Below, piece after piece: positions 58,510 to 64,000 of a DNA stretch of 64,000 nt. The stretch spans positions 38,192,001 through 38,256,000 of the forward strand of contig OZ116699.1 in NCBI GenBank assembly GCA_964199315.1. The letters are read 5' to 3'. Made by a program: the position numbers and the translations under genes. Each line of letters begins with the position of its first letter. The first letter of the stretch is position 1. The notes beneath the pieces are model-generated. The model had not been told where the DNA came from. It searched no databases and saw only the letters and a program-made list of their open reading frames with translations. The stretch is from Orbicella franksi. Lineage: Eukaryota.

Positions 58510-61500
58510 TTAGTTCTTAGACATTTCGCCAACGATCCAGCTCAACAGGTATTTTACTTTGGCGTAGACACCAAACTTCCCAGGAGAAGCACATCCATAG
58601 CCCCAGCTGGTGGCGCCATGAAGATAATACCTCCCACCAGTCTCACACACCATCGGTCCTCCACTATCCCCCTGACAGGAGTCAATTCCACCCTGGTCCA
58701 GGCCCGCGCAGATCATGGAGTCATGGATCTTTTTCGGGTAGGCTTTATCACATCGGGCGCGACTGACCACTGGAACTTGAACCTGTTGAAGAATGTTTGG
58801 AGTGGCTCCACCGGAAGCAAGTCTGCCCCAACCCGTGATCCAGCACTTGGTACCGTCTGTTGGTGCGGGGACGGAATGAGGAAGACATACCAGATTTACG
58901 TACCTGAGAACAAACGAAAAAAGACAAACCAGATTGAGGCGTCTAACAAACGGGAAAGAAAACGTAGCAGAGTCGCAGAGACAGGTGGCACTTCTTGTCT
59001 AAGCTGAAAGGAAAACTGAGGAAATAATGACGGCTTTATTTACTACAAACTCCAGGAAATAATATTTGTCATAAATTTAATGTTAAAAAGCTTGGAAAAT
59101 TCACTAGAGTAGAATCCCTTCAGTAAAGTAGAGCAAGTCTAATCTACATGTAAGGAAAACCTAAATTAAGTTCTGTTCTTCTTATAACAGCGTCGCCCCG
59201 GTGAACATTGATTCTGCCGTCACACCTGTGTTAAACTAAAGTAACTCGATCGTTACTATTAACCCATGAATGCTCGTGTGTGTGCGTGACTAATTTATGT
59301 CTGCCATCGCTAAAAACGTGAAGATAAAATAGACGTACATGACGGAAGACGTTAATAATAATGATAATAATATACAGGCTCTTAATAAAAAAAAGCATTA
59401 TCTTTATATATATATATTTTGCTTTTGTTGTTTTCTATTTGTTTTGGTTTTGTTTTTTGCTGTTATTGCTGCTATTTCTATTCTTTGTTTCTAGTGTATT
59501 TCAAAAATTTAAATTCATCTGTTGACGTGCTTTTTAAGGTGTAATTCTATAATGTAATTATACATAAAAATTCAAATGTTCAATCGCCGAACATTTGCAA
59601 CTGGAGATGACATAGAAATGTTCAGACACGTTTTGTAAATTGAGAAATGTTGTCTCATTTTCTAAACTTGCATCTTGGAATTATATCACGCACTCTGTAA
59701 AGAGCCCCTTAAACCTGGTACCAGTTTTCTCGCGCGGGTAGTAGATCATCGTAGTGCGTCACGCGTGAGTAACACGCACGATAGAGGTGCGAGATTTAAA
59801 ACCCGAAAGACCAAAACAAATATGGCGGCGCGCGGCTTTTTTCGCGCAAGGTTACTTTTGTGCTGTTGGAGACGAAATTCGCATATAAAGGAGGCTTTAC
59901 CTGCTAGAACAACTTAAGTCAACTCTGTGTTTTTAAGAAAAATTGTTTCGGGAATTCAATGTTTCCCAAATTTCAAAGGCAACTCGATCGATCGTGACAG
60001 CCACCGGGAGCGTATAAAGGACTCGCAAAACATAGCAAATCTACCCAGAATTTGTGTAAAAATCCTACAAAGAAAGCCCAGGAGGTTGTCTTAAACGACA
60101 ACTACAACTGTAAATGATGTTTTAGCAGCAAACAAAACAGAACGCCCGTTCGGAGCCCGCTCGCCCGCGCGGGCACACGAAGCAGTCAGCGGTAGTCAAA
60201 ACGGCTCATGAGCAACTGCTGATCTTATAAAGTCTGGATTTTTGAATGCGTGTCTACGCGCGTGGGAATAACGGAACTCGCGAAGGCTTTTACATGAAAA
60301 CAAGCCCGGTGACCCCTTCTTTTTATTGTTTTAATATAATATTATCATTGAGAAGAAACGTCAGAAAAAACTAAAATATCCTACGGAAGGAAATTTGTAC
60401 TTTGTGCAAATTGCCGTTTTACCAAGTTTACAAGAAATCGGCTCCGTAAAATTATTTTAAAATTGTTGTGCATTTTCATTTTCAGATGCCAAAAGTTATT
60501 GACTGAAAAAAACTCGGGGTCACTGGGTTACTTTTTGAGTTATTAGTGACATAAGCGAAAAATCAGGTCTGGAAAATCCTTTTGGAATGTTGCCATGGTA
60601 ACTGCTGACGACAAAATAACAACTCTTTTAGTTCAAGTATAAATTATGTAATCCAAACCTACAAAAATATTACAGTGGCCCTGGTCTGTCTTTTTGCTCT
60701 ATTCTCACAAAGTTATGAGCCGTCAAAAACCTGAAAACTGGTGCGAGCCACCTTAAACGTAAAGGTGTTGTAGCTCAACTAGAATTATTGGTTTTATAAT
60801 AAGCAATTACTTTTAATGCGTATTTTTACTCTTGAGCATTAGGAGTCAGGTGCAATGAAAGCTCTGCCCCTTTCTCCGCCTACTTTTTTGTTCCATTATT
60901 TTGTATAAGTAAACATTAGTAAGAGGCAGTCAAATAAACGTAAAGTTACATATAAATAAGCAAATATCGTAACAACGAGAAGTTCAAAGTGAAATACTAA
61001 CCTGTTTAATTGAGCTTTTTTTTCCAGTTTGAGTACTGCAATATCGTGACTGTACGTTGTCGGTTTGTGATACGATGGATGAGTTATAACTTTGCTTACT
61101 TTGATGTCCTGCACATTTCCATCAGTGTTAGTACGATAGTGGGCGCCAAGTCTTAAAGTTAACGATCAGTTGCTTAATTAAATTAGTGGTCGATCCATAG
61201 ATTGACTGACTGACTTAATTAATCAATCAATCAATCAATAAATGATGGATGATTGATTCATTTAAAATTCATTCATTTACACACCCAATAATTCATATTT
61301 TTTATTCATTCATTTGTTGGTGCTTAAATTACCTTATATACGAATTAGTCTCACACTAGTTCTAATCACATCAGGCAATTTATTGCGGTAACACTGGCCA
61401 ATTAGAAGGAAAGTAGTATATTTCATCAGCATCTTACATTATACTATCTTGCCAGTCGTGAACTATGCACGCTAAATTTGCTTCTGTTCCAAAAGGGAAA

Positions 61501-63857
61501 CTACAATTTAAGACGGATGCCGCCCAAATTTCGAGCAATAAGTGCAAAAATTATTTACTAACAATCTGCTTACAGCATGGTAACTTTTTGAATACTATTT
61601 AAAACATCCCACCTTGATTCATTTCTCTAGGTGACCCCGCGATTAAATCCCAAAGCATTCTCGAGAAAGCTAATGTCAAACGTCGTAAAAATGTTTAATG
61701 CGTGCGTTATTGTGTTTTTAACTAACGGGAAACGTCCATTTTAATGGAAATATGGATAACTTCAAGTTCAATTTTCTCTCGCGGGGTAAGCTTGAAAGTC
61801 TTCTTACCTTTATTCAAAATATTACCATGCTATGTGTTTTGTTTTTTTTTCGTAACTTTATTTTCGCCATTATTGCTCGAATGTTCTGCGGAAATCATCT
61901 TAAATATCTGCAGTAAGATGCCTAGTTTCCATAGAAACAGCAGAGTGAGACCATGTTACGACTGACGACTCATAGAAAGGAAACCTACAGTAAATCACGG
62001 CTTTGATATGATATCGAAAAAAAATATTAGTTGTTTTTGGACTTTATGAAACTTCCAGAATACAGCCCTCTCATTTTTTCGTATAGGTTATTTTGAATCC
62101 AAAAAGCAGTACCAATTTAATTCGTCTATGCCAACTATATTTCTTGGTTCTATATAACTACTCTCGTAATTCTCACCCACAACGGAAAAAGTTGGGTTGT
62201 ATGATAAATAACTTGCCATACATTTTGCTCGACAGAAGTATCTCCTACTTCCGTTTGTAAGATATTATTAATTCCAGTGTTTCTTTTTGGCATGTAGTAG
62301 TTTACCTTATGATTATAGAGCTGGGTTGTTTTCCTCTGACACAGTGAGTGGCTGTGACCACCCACTGATTTGACACCAAGGAACCTCCGCAGTAAGGAAA
62401 ACCGGAAGTGGTACGTAACTGAACTTGCCACGGCCAGTCACCACGCTTAGCGTCGACACCACCGACAATCCTGGTAGGTGGGCGGATGCCGCAAGAACCT
62501 TCAAGAAAAAGTAGACGATAGCATTTTGTTTAAATTACGGTACGAAAATCTTAAAGAGCATTGGTTTGCAATCTAGACGATTCACCTTCGGATGTGGATT
62601 GTTTGCATTGCAATCTAAAGTTGGTTTGGCCACAAATGAAACGGGGAATCTTATTTCCGATCAGAAATATCTTGGTTAAAAGAAACGCTGACTTTAATTT
62701 AAAAACGGTTGTGTAATTATTGGAAGCATAATGCATGGTTCAACTGGTGGCTGCCTTTTGATACAACAGCCAATCGCGAACTCCTATCCATGAATCCTCA
62801 GCAATGCCGCTAACGAGAAAATGCTAAATTGTAAAGGCAATAAAAATTTCATTCTGTCCCTCAGTTAACATTTAAACTTAATTAGCTATGCTCCGCTCTT
62901 TCAAATATCCTGGACTTGGAGTGATTTCTTTCGAATAAATGAGAACTTCATTCAGCAAGTTTCCGCCGTGTTTACTTGCCGAGATGGCATAGATGGCTAG
63001 CTTAGTAACCATGCTCTAGCGGGGTGAATGTCACACGTCATATGATGAGCTTATCGACCAATCAGAATGTCCAATTCTTATATTCACCTCTGAAAATTAT
63101 ACTAATGTTTATTGTTTATAATTTAAAGAGGGGCAGGATAAACATTTTAACAAAATGAATCGCAAACAAATAACAGGTCAGAAGGAATACTTTCTCAAGT
63201 AATTCTGTGAAGTGCCAATGAGCATATTTATTCATAGCAGTTAATGCCTATTCCCTGAAGCGGACTTACATCAGTTCTTACGAAAGATATGATGACTGTG
63301 CTAAAAGAAATTCCTACCTGGTGGGGGTGGGGAACCGGGTGTTGTTGGAGGTGGCGGAGTTACTGCAAAATAACAAGAGGCAGAAGCAACTTAGAGGATT
63401 GGAAAAAGCTGTTTATTTATTTATTCTTTATTTATTTATTTATCTATTTATCTATTTATTTATTCTTTCTTTATTTCTTTATTTATTCTTTATTTGTTTT
63501 ATTTATTTATTTATTTATTTATCTATGTATTTATTCTTTATTTATTTGTTTCATTTATTTACTTATTTATTCTCTGTTACCCGTTTATGTTCTGATTGCA
63601 GTTCCTAGGCCTTCTTTGTGTCGTTTTTTTTCTGTTTGTTGGCATGCTGTTGCTAATTTTGAGGTTACATGTGCGCTAGCTTGTTAACAATTATCAATTG
63701 GAAAACGATAAGAACCTGAATAATTTCGTGAGATACGAAACATAGAAATTTAACTTGTTACAGACTTACTTGATAAACATCTTCCTGGGGTTAACAGGAA
63801 ATCGTCTATTGCTATGTCACCCTTCCAACTTGTTCCCGTTATTCCCTCAAATGTAAC
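58510..63857 (-). CDS. Paralogous MAM-trypsin gene, 3' part (MAM exon C 63770-63857; protease exons 62306-62498, 61002-61151, 58510-58903); continues beyond the window
   Basis: [29 protein letters not shown] / SCGIRPPTR|IVGG..TATHC / HDIAVL / GDSGGP..SWGYGC..SKN*. Same exon phases as gene 1. AATAAA on - at 58400-58405. Confidence 0.93.
59709..60756. mobile_element. Possible old TTAA-type (Kolobok-like) non-autonomous element
   Basis: TTAA-anchored degenerate inverted ends sharing CCAGTTTTC / GAAAACTGG. Confidence 0.35.
63412..63570. repeat. Degenerate (TTTA)n simple repeat
   Basis: Direct inspection. It generates the spurious F/I/Y/L-rich ORFs here. Confidence 0.9.
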
Positions 63858-64000
63858 CTACAATGACGATTAAAAAAAATAACATATTAATCAACGTATG
63901 AAAATGATCGACTTACGAACAGACTTAATCATATGAAAATACAGCATATCAATGTAATCAGTCTTCACGATAAGTATCATAAAATAGTCTTCCTCCATAA

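Noticed and set aside
58492-59007. 171-aa + strand ORF (and 51901-52101 on -)
   Set aside because: Antisense shadows of the protease last exons.
63289-63687. Hydrophobic ORFs suggesting membrane proteins (also 41216-41503 and 40925-41110)
   Set aside because: They are translations of (TTTA)n / (TTA)n simple repeats.

Overview
Intron-rich, AT-rich animal genomic DNA. It is probably a stony coral or other anthozoan, inferred from the repeat landscape and the MAM-trypsin architecture, not proven. The centre is one complete + strand gene (9567-52209) for a predicted secreted zymogen of 1811 aa: signal peptide, TEN tandem MAM domains and a trypsin-like S1A protease with an intact His/Asp/Ser triad. 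Each MAM is a 3-exon cassette (135/242/88 nt) duplicated together with its introns as a ~1.9-2.3 kb unit. All 30 exons are open with intact splice sites. An extra copy of the last MAM exon sits 67 nt behind cassette 10: using either copy keeps the protease in frame, while using both gives an immediate stop. The 3' half of a paralogous MAM-trypsin gene lies tail-to-tail on the - strand (58510 to beyond the window end) and shows patchy near-identity around the catalytic motifs, suggesting gene conversion. Introns and spacers hold a Gypsy LTR shell with nested Penelope-like and AT-rich inserts, an R4/Dong element in a (TAA)n tract, CR1/L2-type LINE pieces, tRNA-headed SINE-like units with inverted 5' ends, TTAA-type DNA transposons and palindromic MITEs. 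All alignments and counts were done by eye; no database search was run.
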